The notes under the pieces: generated by a model | What the model saw: the letters and a program-made list of their open reading frames with translations, nothing else | The model's database searches: none | What the model was told of the DNA's origin: nothing | Program-made: the position numbers and the translations under genes | Part shown: positions 30,727 to 40,480 of the stretch, piece by piece | How positions within the stretch are numbered: position 1 is the first letter of the stretch | Layout: every line of letters starts with the position of its first letter | Source: Gemmatimonas sp. | Lineage (GTDB): Bacteria; Gemmatimonadota; Gemmatimonadetes; Gemmatimonadales; Gemmatimonadaceae | Direction: 5' to 3' | Length of the DNA stretch: 64,000 bases | NCBI GenBank assembly: GCA_965279375.1 | Contig: OZ257156.1 | Span: 3,744,001-3,808,000, forward strand

Positions 30727-31575
30727 TCAGGCCGCAGGTAGAAACGCGAGCGTCCCGTCGGGGACGCGTCCCGCCAGTACTAGGCGGCGGAAGAATTCAG
30801 TAAGACCCGCCAGATGCGGATACGACAGTCGGTAGTCCAGTCCGGAGAAGTACACCGCGCACGTCTCCTTGGGTACACCGCTCGCCAGCGACGCCTGCGC
30901 CGCGAGCAGATCCAGATGCTCGAGCCCCCAATCGCGCGAGGCGATCAGCGATGCGTGCGCCGACAGCGCGGCATGCACCGGCGTGGTGCGCTGCGCGACC
31001 CACACCGCAAACACGAACGGCAGTCCGGTCCATTCCTTCCACGCGGCGCCCAGATCGATGCGATACGGATACTTCTCCGCCCACTCGCCGCCACGATTTG
31101 CCTCGTCGAAGATGCGGAGCGCCGCGTCGCCGATCACCAAACGCGCATCATGCGGCTCTTCGTCAAAACGCGACACATCCACCAGCTCTGCGTCGCCCAA
31201 GACGAACTCCGGACGCGCGCGCCACACGTGCTCGAAGAGCAATTCCAGCAGCGCCACACTCGTCATCGAGCTCTTGCTCACCAACACACGCGCGCCCGTG
31301 AGCGTTTCGGGTGGGCGGCGGCTGAATAGCATCACGCTGCGAACCGGACCGTCGCTGGTGATGCCCAACTCCGGGAGGAGCAGATAGCGGCGCGCGTCGC
31401 GGGCGTACTCCACCGCCGACACCACACTCACATCCAATTCGCCGTTGGACATGAGGCGATTGAGCGTCGTCGGAATGCCATCCACCAGCTGACCGTCGAG
31501 CGGCACGACACCACGATCGATCCCGCCATAGACGGGATAGCAGTTGATGTACGGAATCCGACCGATGCGGAGCAT
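30727..31575 (-). CDS. mqnA: Chorismate dehydratase
   Basis: IPYINCYP, GPVRSV, SMTSV, LVIGDAAL, WTGLPFVFAVW; ATG at 31575. Confidence 0.92.
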   Translation of the reverse strand: MLRIGRIPYINCYPVYGGIDRGVVPLDGQLVDGIPTTLNRLMSNGELDVSVVSAVEYARDARRYLLLPELGITSDGPVRSVMLFSRRPPETLTGARVLVSKSSMTSVALLELLFEHVWRARPEFVLGDAELVDVSRFDEEPHDARLVIGDAALRIFDEANRGGEWAEKYPYRIDLGAAWKEWTGLPFVFAVWVAQRTTPVHAALSAHASLIASRDWGLEHLDLLAAQASLASGVPKETCAVYFSGLDYRLSYPHLAGLTEFFRRLVLAGRVPDGTLAFLPAA

Positions 31576-31582
31576 GATCGAT

Positions 31583-32773
31583 TCAGACCGCGGCGTTGGC
31601 CACGCCGACGTCTTCGGCGTCGAGCATCTCATCCTCACCGAACTCGCGCAGCACGCGATAGAACGAGTCACGCTCGGCCGGTCGCTTCCCTGCCCCACGA
31701 ATGAGGTTGAGCAGCTGTGACAGCGTCATGCCCTGCGGCGTATGCGCGCCGACGGCATGGTAAATCTTCTCGCGCACGACGGTCCCTTCGATGTCGTTCA
31801 CACCGAAGTGCAGCGCAATCTGCGAGACCGCCTGCGTGACCATGATCCAGTGCGACTTGATGTGGTCGAAGTTGTCGAGGAACAGCCGACCGACGGCGAG
31901 ATTGCGCAGGTCGTCAAAACCGGTGGAGGCAGTGCCCTGTCGACCGAGCGTCTTCCCCAGCTCGTTGTCGTCGGGGTGATACGCGAGCGGGATATACGCG
32001 AGGAATCCGCCGGTTTCGTCCTGCAGATCGCGCAGCATGGTCAGGTGCTCCATGCGATCCTCGATCGTCTCCACGTGCCCGTAGAGCATCGTGCAGTTGG
32101 TGCGAATGCCCAGCTGGTGCGCGGTGCGGTGCACGTCGATGTAGTCGGCGCCACCAAGCTTCTTGTCAGCAATGACGTCGCGCACGGCCGCGCTGAACGT
32201 TTCCGCACCACCGCCGGGCATCGTATCGAGGCCGGCCTCACGCAGCGCAATCAGGACATCCGCGCGCGACATCTTCTCGATGCGCGCGATGTGCGCGATC
32301 TCGACGGCCGTCAGCGCCTTGATGTGCACCTGCGGGTGACGTTCCTTGAGCGCGCGGAACATCGCCGTGTAGTAGGCGAGTCCCGCCTGCATGTCGAGCC
32401 CACCCACGATATGAAACTCGCGCGTGATCGTGCCGTCGGCGCGATCGGATTCGGCGAGCACCTGATCGAGCGTGTAGCGGTAGGCGCCTTCTTCCTTGGG
32501 CAGGCGCGCATAGCCGCAGAACACACACGTCGTGCGCAGCACGCAGACGTTCGTGGGATTGATGTGCTGGTTGGACGCGAAGGTGACACGATCGCCGTGC
32601 TTCGCGCGGTTGGCCGCATCGGCCATGGCGCCCACGCCGATCAGGTCGGGCGAGCGGAAGAGCGTGACCCCGTCGGCCGGCGTGAGGCGCACGCCGGCAA
32701 TGAGCTTCTCGCCGATGGGGCGGAGCGCAGGGTCGCGCAGTCGAGCGAGATCGAAAGCGATCGGTGCGGGCAT
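31583..32773 (-). CDS. mqnE: Aminofutalosine synthase
   Basis: HINPTNVCVLRTTCVFC radical SAM motif, HIKALTAVEI, TMLYGHVE, EKIYHAVG. Confidence 0.9.
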   Translation of the reverse strand: MPAPIAFDLARLRDPALRPIGEKLIAGVRLTPADGVTLFRSPDLIGVGAMADAANRAKHGDRVTFASNQHINPTNVCVLRTTCVFCGYARLPKEEGAYRYTLDQVLAESDRADGTITREFHIVGGLDMQAGLAYYTAMFRALKERHPQVHIKALTAVEIAHIARIEKMSRADVLIALREAGLDTMPGGGAETFSAAVRDVIADKKLGGADYIDVHRTAHQLGIRTNCTMLYGHVETIEDRMEHLTMLRDLQDETGGFLAYIPLAYHPDDNELGKTLGRQGTASTGFDDLRNLAVGRLFLDNFDHIKSHWIMVTQAVSQIALHFGVNDIEGTVVREKIYHAVGAHTPQGMTLSQLLNLIRGAGKRPAERDSFYRVLREFGEDEMLDAEDVGVANAAV

Positions 32774-32844
32774 CTGGACGTGCTTGGGGAAAGTGCGCGG
32801 CGAATGCCGCGCATCACTTCACCGCGACGAACGACGCGACGCGC

Positions 32845-34086
32845 TCAGTCGTGCCAGCGGCGGAGTGCGATCGTGACGTTGTGACCGCCAAACCCTGAGC
32901 TGTTCGAGATCGCGACGTTCACCTCACGCGCACGAGGCGTGTTCGGTGTCACATCGAGATCGCACTCGGGATCGGGCGTGGAGTAGTTGATCGTCGGCGG
33001 GATCATGCCATCGCGCATCGCCAGCGCGCACGCGATGAACTCGACTCCACCTGCCGCACCGAGCATGTGCCCAGTGGCGGACTTGGTCGAACTCACGGAC
33101 AGCTTGTACGCATGCTCGCCGAACACCGTCTTGATCGCCTTGATCTCGTTGGGATCGTTGAGCGGCGTGGATGTACCGTGTGCGTTGATGTAGTCCACGT
33201 CGGTCGTGGCCAGGCCGCCATCCTTGAGCGCCTTGCGCATCGACCGCTGCAACCCTTCGTGCGCATCCGGCTGGCCGGTCAGATGATACGCATCGCCCGT
33301 CGCGCCGTACCCGATGACTTCACCGTAGATCCGGGCGCCGCGGCGGCGCGCATGCTCCAACTCTTCCAGCACCACCACGCCCGCGCCCTCGCCCAGCACA
33401 AAGCCATCGCGCGTCGCATCGAACGGACGCGACGCCGTTTCTGGCGAATCGTTGCGCTCCGAGAGTGCGGTCATGTTGCCGAACCCACCGATGGCCATCG
33501 GCAGCACCGCTGCTTCGGTGCCGCCAGCAATCATCACGTCGGCATCGCCGTACACGATGGTCCGGAACGACTCGCCGATGGCATGGGCGCTGGTAGCACA
33601 CGCAGACATCGTCGCGAAGTTCGGTCCCTTTGCGCCAAAGCGCATCGACACCACACCGGCCGCGATGTCCGCGATGAACATGGGCACGAAGAAGGGCGAG
33701 ATGCGGCGGTTGCCCGCCGCGATCAGCGCCGAGTGCTGCTCTTCCATCGTGGCCAGGCCGCCGATGCCACTGCCGACGATCACGCCGCAGTCTTCCTGAA
33801 CGAACCCACCGTTCTCAAGGCCGGCATCGCGCATCGCTTCCACCGATGCAGCCAACGCGTACTGGGTGAACAGATCAGCTCGCTTGGCTTCCTTGCGCTC
33901 CATGTACTGGAGCGGATCGAAGCCCTTCACCTCGCAGGCGAACTTCACCTTGAAGGTGCTGGCGTCGAACTTCGTGATCAGCCCGCCTCCGGACACGCCC
34001 CCCAGCAGCGACTGCCAGGTCGTCGCCACGTCGTTTCCGACTGCCGTGATCGCCCCGAGACCCGTGACGACGACCCTACGTCGCAT
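32845..34086 (-). CDS. fabF: Beta-ketoacyl-ACP synthase II
   Basis: SACAT, NAHGTST, KSATGHMLGA, GFGGHN. Confidence 0.97.
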   Translation of the reverse strand: MRRRVVVTGLGAITAVGNDVATTWQSLLGGVSGGGLITKFDASTFKVKFACEVKGFDPLQYMERKEAKRADLFTQYALAASVEAMRDAGLENGGFVQEDCGVIVGSGIGGLATMEEQHSALIAAGNRRISPFFVPMFIADIAAGVVSMRFGAKGPNFATMSACATSAHAIGESFRTIVYGDADVMIAGGTEAAVLPMAIGGFGNMTALSERNDSPETASRPFDATRDGFVLGEGAGVVVLEELEHARRRGARIYGEVIGYGATGDAYHLTGQPDAHEGLQRSMRKALKDGGLATTDVDYINAHGTSTPLNDPNEIKAIKTVFGEHAYKLSVSSTKSATGHMLGAAGGVEFIACALAMRDGMIPPTINYSTPDPECDLDVTPNTPRAREVNVAISNSSGFGGHNVTIALRRWHD

Positions 34087-34325
34087 TAGCCCGCGACCTT
34101 CGCCTCGAGGTAGGCAACTGCGTCACCGACGGTACGCAGCTTCTCGGCATCCTCGTCGGGGATGTCGATGTTGAACTCCTTCTCGAACTCCATGACCAGT
34201 TCGACGATGTCGAGCGAGTCTGCGCCGAGGTCTTCGATGAAGCTCGCTTCGGGCGTCAGCTTCTCGCGCTCGACGCCGAGTTCCTTCTCGATGATGTCCT
34301 TGATCTTCGACGCGTGATCCGCCAT
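34086..34325 (-). CDS. acpP: Acyl carrier protein
   Basis: [15 protein letters not shown] at 34325 after GAGGA. Confidence 0.97.
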   Translation of the reverse strand: MADHASKIKDIIEKELGVEREKLTPEASFIEDLGADSLDIVELVMEFEKEFNIDIPDEDAEKLRTVGDAVAYLEAKVAG

Positions 34326-34421
34326 GGGAGCGATTCCTCTGAAATTGTTGAAAGGGAGAGTGAAGAACTTAGCCGAACGCCGACGTGGCGGGGAGTGTCT
34401 CGCGCGAGACGCGCCCACTGA

Positions 34422-35201
34422 TTACATGACCAGCCCGCCGTCGACGACAAACACCTGACCGGTGACGTAGCGGGTCAGGTCCGAGGCGAGCACGGCGACC
34501 ATGCCCGCAATGTCCTCCGGAGTGCCGAGGCGCTCCAGAGGGATGTTGGCGCTCATGCCGGCGCGGGCTTCCGGCGTCATGGCGGCCGTCATGTCCGTCT
34601 CGATGAAGCCCGGCGCGACGACGTTGGCCAGGATGTTCCGCGAGGCCAGCTCCTTGGCGATCGACTTGGTGAGCCCGATCAATCCGGCCTTGCTCGCGGC
34701 GTAGTTGGCCTGCCCCTTGTTGCCGATCAGCCCAACGACGCTGGCGACGTTGATGATGCGTCCCCAGCGACGTTTCATCATGCCGCGCGATGCCGCGCGG
34801 CAGGTGGCGAACGCCCCGCGCAAATTCGCGTCGATGACGGCATCCCAGTCATCGTCCTTGAGCCGCATGAGCAGGTTGTCGCGCGTGAGCCCTGCATTGT
34901 TCACGAGAATGTCGAGCGAACCGAAGTCGCGCTCCACGGATTCGATCAACGCAGTTGCCTGTGCGGTATCCGCGATCTCCACCGCGTAACCGCGCGCTTC
35001 GGCGCCCGTGCTCTGCGCGATCTCGAGCGCCGCCGCTTCTGCGCGCGCAAGATCGCGGCCGGTGACGGCCACACGAGCCCCAGCACGCGCAAGCGTTTCC
35101 GCGATCGCGCGACCGATGCCGCGTGTGGAACCGGTGACCAGCGCGACTCGACCGGTGAGGTCGATACGCAGCCCTGCCGACGGCGTGATCTGCTCAGACA
35201 T
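34422..35201 (-). CDS. fabG: 3-oxoacyl-ACP reductase
   Basis: TGSTRGIG, NNAGLTRD, YAASK. Confidence 0.96.
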   Translation of the reverse strand: MSEQITPSAGLRIDLTGRVALVTGSTRGIGRAIAETLARAGARVAVTGRDLARAEAAALEIAQSTGAEARGYAVEIADTAQATALIESVERDFGSLDILVNNAGLTRDNLLMRLKDDDWDAVIDANLRGAFATCRAASRGMMKRRWGRIINVASVVGLIGNKGQANYAASKAGLIGLTKSIAKELASRNILANVVAPGFIETDMTAAMTPEARAGMSANIPLERLGTPEDIAGMVAVLASDLTRYVTGQVFVVDGGLVM

Positions 35202-36147
35202 GGGATCCCGCCGATTCCAGAAGCTTCTCGATATCCGCGACGGTGCCGCAGGTGGCCGTCTTCACGTTGGGTGCGATTCGCCGCGCCAAGCCTGTCAACA
35301 CCTGCCCCGTACCCATCTCGACGAAGGTGGCGTCCGGATACGTCTCCGCGAGGTAGCGCATCACCCGTGTCCACTGCACCGATGACGTGAGCTGCTGCAC
35401 GAGCAGGCGACGGGCATCCTCGGCCTTGAGAACCGGCTCCGACGTCACGTTGGCGACCACCGGAATGCGTGGGTCGCGGAGCTGCGCGGCTGCCAGCGCC
35501 TCGGCCAACCCTTCGGCGGCGGGCGCCATCAGCGGCGAATGAAACGCACCGCTCACCGGCAACGGCAACGAGCGCTTGGCGCCCGCTTCCTTGGCGAGCT
35601 GCATGGCGCGCTCGACGCCCGCGACCTCACCAGAGATGACGACCTGCTCTTCGCTATTGTAGTTGGCGGCAACCACCATCGCCGATTCGGCCGTCGCCTG
35701 CGCGCAGATTTCGTCGATGGGGCGCGTGAGTACGCCGACGATGGCCGCCATGGCGCCCGGTCGCGCGACGCCTTGCTCGAACATCAGCGTACCGCGACGA
35801 CGTACGACGCGCGCGGCGTCCGCGAGGTCGAGTGCGCCGGCGACGTGATACGCGGAGAATTCGCCCAGCGAGTGCCCCGCCGCGGCCCGCACGAACGGAC
35901 CGATGGCGTCGCGAACAACAGCCCACACGGCGGCGCTGTGCGCCAACAGCGCGGGCTGTGCGTTGAGTGTGCGCGTCAGTTCGTCGGCTGGCCCTTCGAA
36001 GGCCAGCGTTGAGAGCGCGCTGCCGACGGCATCGTCGACGGTGTGAAAGGCCTCACGCGCGGCAGGAAAGGCGTCGTACAAATCCTTTCCCATGCCAACG
36101 CGCTGCGAGCCCTGACCGGGCAGCAGCAGCACGAAGTCCATGGACAT
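35194..36147 (-). CDS. fabD: Malonyl-CoA:ACP transacylase
   Basis: PGQGSQ, GHSLGE, SGAFHS. Confidence 0.97.
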   Translation of the reverse strand: MSMDFVLLLPGQGSQRVGMGKDLYDAFPAAREAFHTVDDAVGSALSTLAFEGPADELTRTLNAQPALLAHSAAVWAVVRDAIGPFVRAAAGHSLGEFSAYHVAGALDLADAARVVRRRGTLMFEQGVARPGAMAAIVGVLTRPIDEICAQATAESAMVVAANYNSEEQVVISGEVAGVERAMQLAKEAGAKRSLPLPVSGAFHSPLMAPAAEGLAEALAAAQLRDPRIPVVANVTSEPVLKAEDARRLLVQQLTSSVQWTRVMRYLAETYPDATFVEMGTGQVLTGLARRIAPNVKTATCGTVADIEKLLESAGSHV

Positions 36148-36174
36148 CTCGAGTGGTGTTGAGGCTGGCGGCGC

Positions 36175-37179
36175 CTAGAAGCGCGCTACCAGCGAGCCCC
36201 AGGTGAACCCAGCGCCAAACGCGGCGAAGAGGACGGTCATGCCTTCCTTGACCCGTCCCTGTTGCATAGCGTCGTTGAGCGCGATGGGAATGGACGCCGC
36301 AGAGGTATTGCCGAAGCGATCGACGTTGACGAAGACGCGATCCATGTCGATGCCGGCGTGCTTTGCCGTCGCTTCGATGATGCGAATGTTGGCCTGATGC
36401 GGAATCAGCAGATCGATGTCCGCCGCCGTCAGCCCGGCGCGCTCGAGCGCACGATCCGTGGACTCGGCCATCGCGCGTACGGCGTGTTTGAACACCTCGC
36501 GCCCGGCCATCTGGATGTACTGACGATGCGACGCCGGCTCCTCGAACGAGACCGCTTCATCACCGCCACCAGCGGGACGCCACAGCAGCTCAGCCAGCGC
36601 GCCATCGGAACGCATGAACGTCGAGAGAATGCCCTTCTCGTCGCCGGTGTTGCGCTTCATGACGGTCGCACCGGCACCGTCCGCGAACAGAATGCAGGTG
36701 TTGCGATCGGTCCAGTCCACGATGGCGCTCAGCTTCTCCGCGCCGATCACGAGCACCGTTTCCGCGGCGCCGGACTTGATCATCGATTCGCCGACGATCG
36801 TGCCGTACAGCCAGCCTGAGCAGGCCGCCGCGAGGTCGAAGGCGGCGGCCTTGCTGCAGCCGAGCTCCGCCTGAATGTCTACCGCAGTGGCCGGAAGGAG
36901 CCGATCCGGCGAGGCCGTGCCGAGAATGATGACGTCGATCTCGTCGGGCTGGACTCCCGCCTTGGCCATGGCTTGGCGCGCTGCATCCGCCGATAGCGAC
37001 TTAACGGACTCGCCGTGCTTGGCGACGTGGCGCTGCTTGATACCGGTGCGCTCGATGATCCACTGATCATCGGTCTGGATGCCCATCGCAGCGAGGTCGC
37101 TATTGGTGACGATCTGCTGCGGCACGGCGTGTCCGGTGCCGGCGATGTACGCCGACGGACGGATGATGGTGCTGCTCAT
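36175..37179 (-). CDS. fabH: Beta-ketoacyl-ACP synthase III
   Basis: AACSG, PHQANIRI, GNTSAAS, FGAGFTWG. Confidence 0.97.
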   Translation of the reverse strand: MSSTIIRPSAYIAGTGHAVPQQIVTNSDLAAMGIQTDDQWIIERTGIKQRHVAKHGESVKSLSADAARQAMAKAGVQPDEIDVIILGTASPDRLLPATAVDIQAELGCSKAAAFDLAAACSGWLYGTIVGESMIKSGAAETVLVIGAEKLSAIVDWTDRNTCILFADGAGATVMKRNTGDEKGILSTFMRSDGALAELLWRPAGGGDEAVSFEEPASHRQYIQMAGREVFKHAVRAMAESTDRALERAGLTAADIDLLIPHQANIRIIEATAKHAGIDMDRVFVNVDRFGNTSAASIPIALNDAMQQGRVKEGMTVLFAAFGAGFTWGSLVARF

Positions 37180-38210
37180 GCGGCACTCCCGTTGGCATCG
37201 GGCATGGAGTCGGCGAGGCGCCGACCGATCTCCTCGGTCATCCCCGATTCGTAGGCCCGCACGGCGACATGAATGGCGTTCATGAGCGCCTTGGGTGAGC
37301 TCTTGCCGTGCGAGATGATCGACACTCCCTGCACGCCAAGAAGAGGCGCGCCGCCGTGTTCGTCGGCGTCGAGGTGCGTGAGCGCGCTGGCGATCTGCTT
37401 GCGGTCCACTCCCGCGGCGTCGGAGACCATCCGAATCAGGGTGGGCGCCAAGCTTTCGTAGAACTTGAGCAGGATGTTGCCAACAAAGCCGTCGCAGACC
37501 ACCACGTCGATCGGGCCGCGGTCGCAGGTGCCGCGCGGCACATCGCGCCCTTCAACGTTGCCGATGAAGTTGAGTCCGGATTGACGCAGACGCTGATGCG
37601 CGTCCTTCACCGCCATGTTTCCCTTCTCCGGCTCCTCGCCAATGGACAACAGCCCGATGGCGGGATTTTCGCGACCGAGCAGCGCGCGGGCGTAGACGGT
37701 ACCGATGCGTGCGAACTGGACCAGCTCCTCCGGCGAGCAGTCCACGTTGGCACCGGAGTCGAGGACGAGCACAGGCTGCGCCGACGTCGGAAAGACGGTG
37801 GCGATGGCCGGGCGGGTGAGTCCTGCGTGCAGACGGAGCACGACCAGGGAGGCGGCCATCTGCGCGCCGGTATTGCCAGCCGAGACGAACCCGTGCGCGA
37901 AGCCGTCGGCGACCCGACGAAGTCCGAGCACCATCGAGCTGTTCGTTTTGCCGCGCAGCGCGACAGACGGCCGGTCGGTCATCTCGATGACGTCCGGCGC
38001 TTCAACGACGTGCAGACGGGAACGCAGCGGCGCGAGCGCCGAGAGTTCGCCGCTCAAAAGCGACTGCAACTCGGGCTCGATCACGGCGCTACGGCCGACG
38101 AGTTCGATGTCGTGTTCGGGAGCGAGCGTTGCGAGCGCGTGGAGTGCACCCGCAATGGGGGCCCGGGGAGCGAAGTCGCCCCCCATGGCATCCACCGCGA
38201 TGCGCGCCAA
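37176..38210 (-). CDS. plsX: Phosphate acyltransferase PlsX
   Basis: AVDAMGGD, SAGNTGA, LDSGAN, CDGFVGN, HGKS. Confidence 0.97.
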   Translation of the reverse strand: MARIAVDAMGGDFAPRAPIAGALHALATLAPEHDIELVGRSAVIEPELQSLLSGELSALAPLRSRLHVVEAPDVIEMTDRPSVALRGKTNSSMVLGLRRVADGFAHGFVSAGNTGAQMAASLVVLRLHAGLTRPAIATVFPTSAQPVLVLDSGANVDCSPEELVQFARIGTVYARALLGRENPAIGLLSIGEEPEKGNMAVKDAHQRLRQSGLNFIGNVEGRDVPRGTCDRGPIDVVVCDGFVGNILLKFYESLAPTLIRMVSDAAGVDRKQIASALTHLDADEHGGAPLLGVQGVSIISHGKSSPKALMNAIHVAVRAYESGMTEEIGRRLADSMPDANGSAA

Positions 38211-38212
38211 GC

Positions 38213-38395
38213 TTACGCTTCCTGCGCGGTTACTCGCTGCTCACCCGCGTAGAAGCCGCACGAGCCGCACACGCGGTGCGGGCGCTTCATCGTGCCGCAC
38301 TGCGGGCACGTCTGGATGACGATCGCAGGCGCCGTCTTGTGCGTGTTACGGGCGCGCTTGCGACGCTTGGATGTACGGCGCTTGGGTACGGCCAT
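38213..38395 (-). CDS. rpmF: 50S ribosomal protein L32 (zinc-ribbon form)
   Basis: MAVPKRRTSK, CPQC...CGSC. Confidence 0.97.
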   Translation of the reverse strand: MAVPKRRTSKRRKRARNTHKTAPAIVIQTCPQCGTMKRPHRVCGSCGFYAGEQRVTAQEA

Positions 38396-38434
38396 GGGAC
38401 CCTAACCTGAAAACGTTCGAGACGAGAAAATCCG

Positions 38435-38947
38435 TCAGGCGTCAGACTCGCGCAATGCGCGAAGTCCTTCCCAACGGGGATCAGTGGCCGGAGCACACGT
38501 ACACGCTCCGGTATTGCGATCGGCACCACAGGTCACGCACAAGCCGAGACAGTCCTCCTTGCACAGCGCGAATGCTGGAACGGCCAACAGCCATTCCTCG
38601 CGCACGGCAGGACGCAGATCAAGCTCGCGTGCTCCCGCAGGAATCGGTACGACGTCATCCTCTTCCGCTTCGTCCAGACCGGACTCCGCGAACAAGAATT
38701 GCACCTCGCCCGACACCGACTTCGTAACGTCCACCAGACAGCGGCGACACGTAGTCTGCGTCGCCCCCTCCAGCATGCCCGTAAAATAAAAACGGCCCTG
38801 GCCGGCCGCGGAAAGACGACCTTCCACCCGCACCCCGTCACCGACGGGCCGCGAATCGTCCCCTTCCCACACCGGATCCGCCCCGTCGAGCAGTCCATCA
38901 ACGCTCTCGGCACGGGCTTCCAAGCTTCGGATGTCAAAGCACAGCAT
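38435..38947 (-). CDS. yceD: DUF177/YceD family protein
   Basis: CRRCL, LCKEDCLGLC..CG, DPRW; upstream of rpmF; start 38947 or 38953. Confidence 0.92.
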   Translation of the reverse strand: MLCFDIRSLEARAESVDGLLDGADPVWEGDDSRPVGDGVRVEGRLSAAGQGRFYFTGMLEGATQTTCRRCLVDVTKSVSGEVQFLFAESGLDEAEEDDVVPIPAGARELDLRPAVREEWLLAVPAFALCKEDCLGLCVTCGADRNTGACTCAPATDPRWEGLRALRESDA

Positions 38948-38961
38948 AGCCATGAAACGTA

Positions 38962-38996
38962 GAGCGGCAGCCCTATCGACACAAGGGCTGCCGCTC
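38962..38996 (-). terminator. Hairpin downstream of ndk (putative terminator)
   Basis: Perfect 13-bp stem GAGCGGCAGCCCT/AGGGCTGCCGCTC, 9-nt loop; weak U-tract. Confidence 0.5.
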
Positions 38997-39055
38997 CCCG
39001 ATTTCAGCGTCCAAGTAGTGTCCGGACGCAGAGTTAGACCGCCGATCTTCGCGCC

Positions 39056-39475
39056 TTACAGCGTCTCGCACTCGGCGAAGAAGAAGCCCGCTTCGCGCGT
39101 CGCGTTCTCGTCCGAGTCCGACGCGTGGATCGCGTTCCGGCCCTTGGACTCCGCGTACAACTTCCGAACGGTGCCCTCGGCCGCCTCGGCCGGGTCCGTC
39201 GCGCCGATCACCGTGCGCAGCGTCGCCACGGCGTCGTCACGCTCCAGGATCATGGGCATGCACGGACCGCTCGTCATGAACTCCACGAGCTCGCCGAAGA
39301 AGCCCCGCTCGCGGTGCACGCCGTAGAACTCGCCGGCCTGCGCCGTGGTCAGGTGCATCACGCGCGCGGCCTTCACCGTGAAGCCGGACTTTTCGAGGAG
39401 CGCGACGATCAGCCCCGCCTTGCCATTGGCGAACGCGTCCGGCTTGATGATGGTAAGTGTGCGACGACCGGCCAT
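39056..39475 (-). CDS. ndk: Nucleoside diphosphate kinase
   Basis: [25 protein letters not shown]. Confidence 0.98.
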   Translation of the reverse strand: MAGRRTLTIIKPDAFANGKAGLIVALLEKSGFTVKAARVMHLTTAQAGEFYGVHRERGFFGELVEFMTSGPCMPMILERDDAVATLRTVIGATDPAEAAEGTVRKLYAESKGRNAIHASDSDENATREAGFFFAECETL

Positions 39476-39478
39476 GTG

Positions 39479-40384
39479 TCAGGATCCTATGAGTTTGCGA
39501 ACGATGTCCCCGCGTGTGAGAAAGCCCACCAACCGGCCCTCCTTCACCACGGGTACTCGCTCGACGTCCTTGTTGAGCATCAGGGACGCTACCTCGGCCA
39601 ACGGCTGCTCGGGAGCAACGCACAACACCTGACGGGTCATGGCATCGCGCACCGTGCGCCTCAGCGAGGCGGGCGGCGGAGGGGATGCAACAGACCCCCC
39701 AGCGCGGGGAAGATAATGACTCACGAGGTCGCGCAAGAGTTCGCGCTCGCTGAGCATCCCGATCACCCGGTTCCCATCGTCCACCACCGGAAGTCCGCCC
39801 ACACCCGCCCGCAGCATGTCCATCACTGCGCCTCGCAGTGGTGCGTCCGGACCCACGGTCCGCGGACGCTCTGTCATCAGGTCCCGGACCGTCAGCTGCT
39901 CCGTCAGGATGAGTTCGTGGAACGCCGGCAAGGCCGCGATGGCCACGGCATCCGCGGCGGCCAGAATCTGCTCGATGACGGCCGCCTTGGAGAGCAGCCG
40001 GGCGAACCCGCCCACCACCTGCAGGTGTTTGGCCATCTGCCGTGGCGGCGAGCAGATGAGCACGACCACCCGCGCACACTGCGATTCCTCATCGCCCAAG
40101 TCACGGCACAGCGGGCGCGGCGCAACGCCGACCGCCACGGACACCTCGCGTGCGGCGTCGGTGCGGTAGTGGAGTACGAACGCGCGATCGCCAAAGCCGA
40201 CGATGTCTTCCGGTCGGGCCTCCTCGACGCGCTCCCTCAGGGCGTCGGTGTCGAGCGCGACGCGGTCGACTACGAGCGTCTGTGCCAGCTTGGCCGCAGC
40301 TTCCACCAGGGACGTCGCCGAGAGTGGAAGGCGCACCCGTCGCGGTGACAGGAAGCTGGAGAGTCGCGTGGGTTCTGTGCTCAC
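39479..40384 (-). CDS. PTS EIIA(Ntr/Fru)-like domain fused to a CBS pair
   Basis: N-terminal EIIA-2-like pattern (FVLHYR, HLQVVGGFARLL); C-terminal VRDLMT..LPVVD..GMLSERE and VRDAMT..VPVV..GFLTRGD. Confidence 0.75.
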   Translation of the reverse strand: MSTEPTRLSSFLSPRRVRLPLSATSLVEAAAKLAQTLVVDRVALDTDALRERVEEARPEDIVGFGDRAFVLHYRTDAAREVSVAVGVAPRPLCRDLGDEESQCARVVVLICSPPRQMAKHLQVVGGFARLLSKAAVIEQILAAADAVAIAALPAFHELILTEQLTVRDLMTERPRTVGPDAPLRGAVMDMLRAGVGGLPVVDDGNRVIGMLSERELLRDLVSHYLPRAGGSVASPPPPASLRRTVRDAMTRQVLCVAPEQPLAEVASLMLNKDVERVPVVKEGRLVGFLTRGDIVRKLIGS

Positions 40385-40420
40385 GAGTGGGTCCGAAAGG
40401 TCTGAAAGACAGTGTCACCG

Positions 40421-40463
40421 ACAAAACAAACGGGCGGCCGCGCACATTGTGCACGACCGCCCG
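40421..40463 (-). terminator. Intrinsic terminator after sucD
   Basis: Minus strand CGGGCGGTCGTGCAC-AAT-GTGCGCGGCCGCCCG then TTTGTTTTGT. Confidence 0.75.
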
Positions 40464-40480
40464 CGATCACTTCCCCGCGG

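Noticed and set aside
32794..32813. 8-bp hairpin between fabF and mqnE
   Set aside because: Short stem and weak U-tract; cannot be supported as a terminator.
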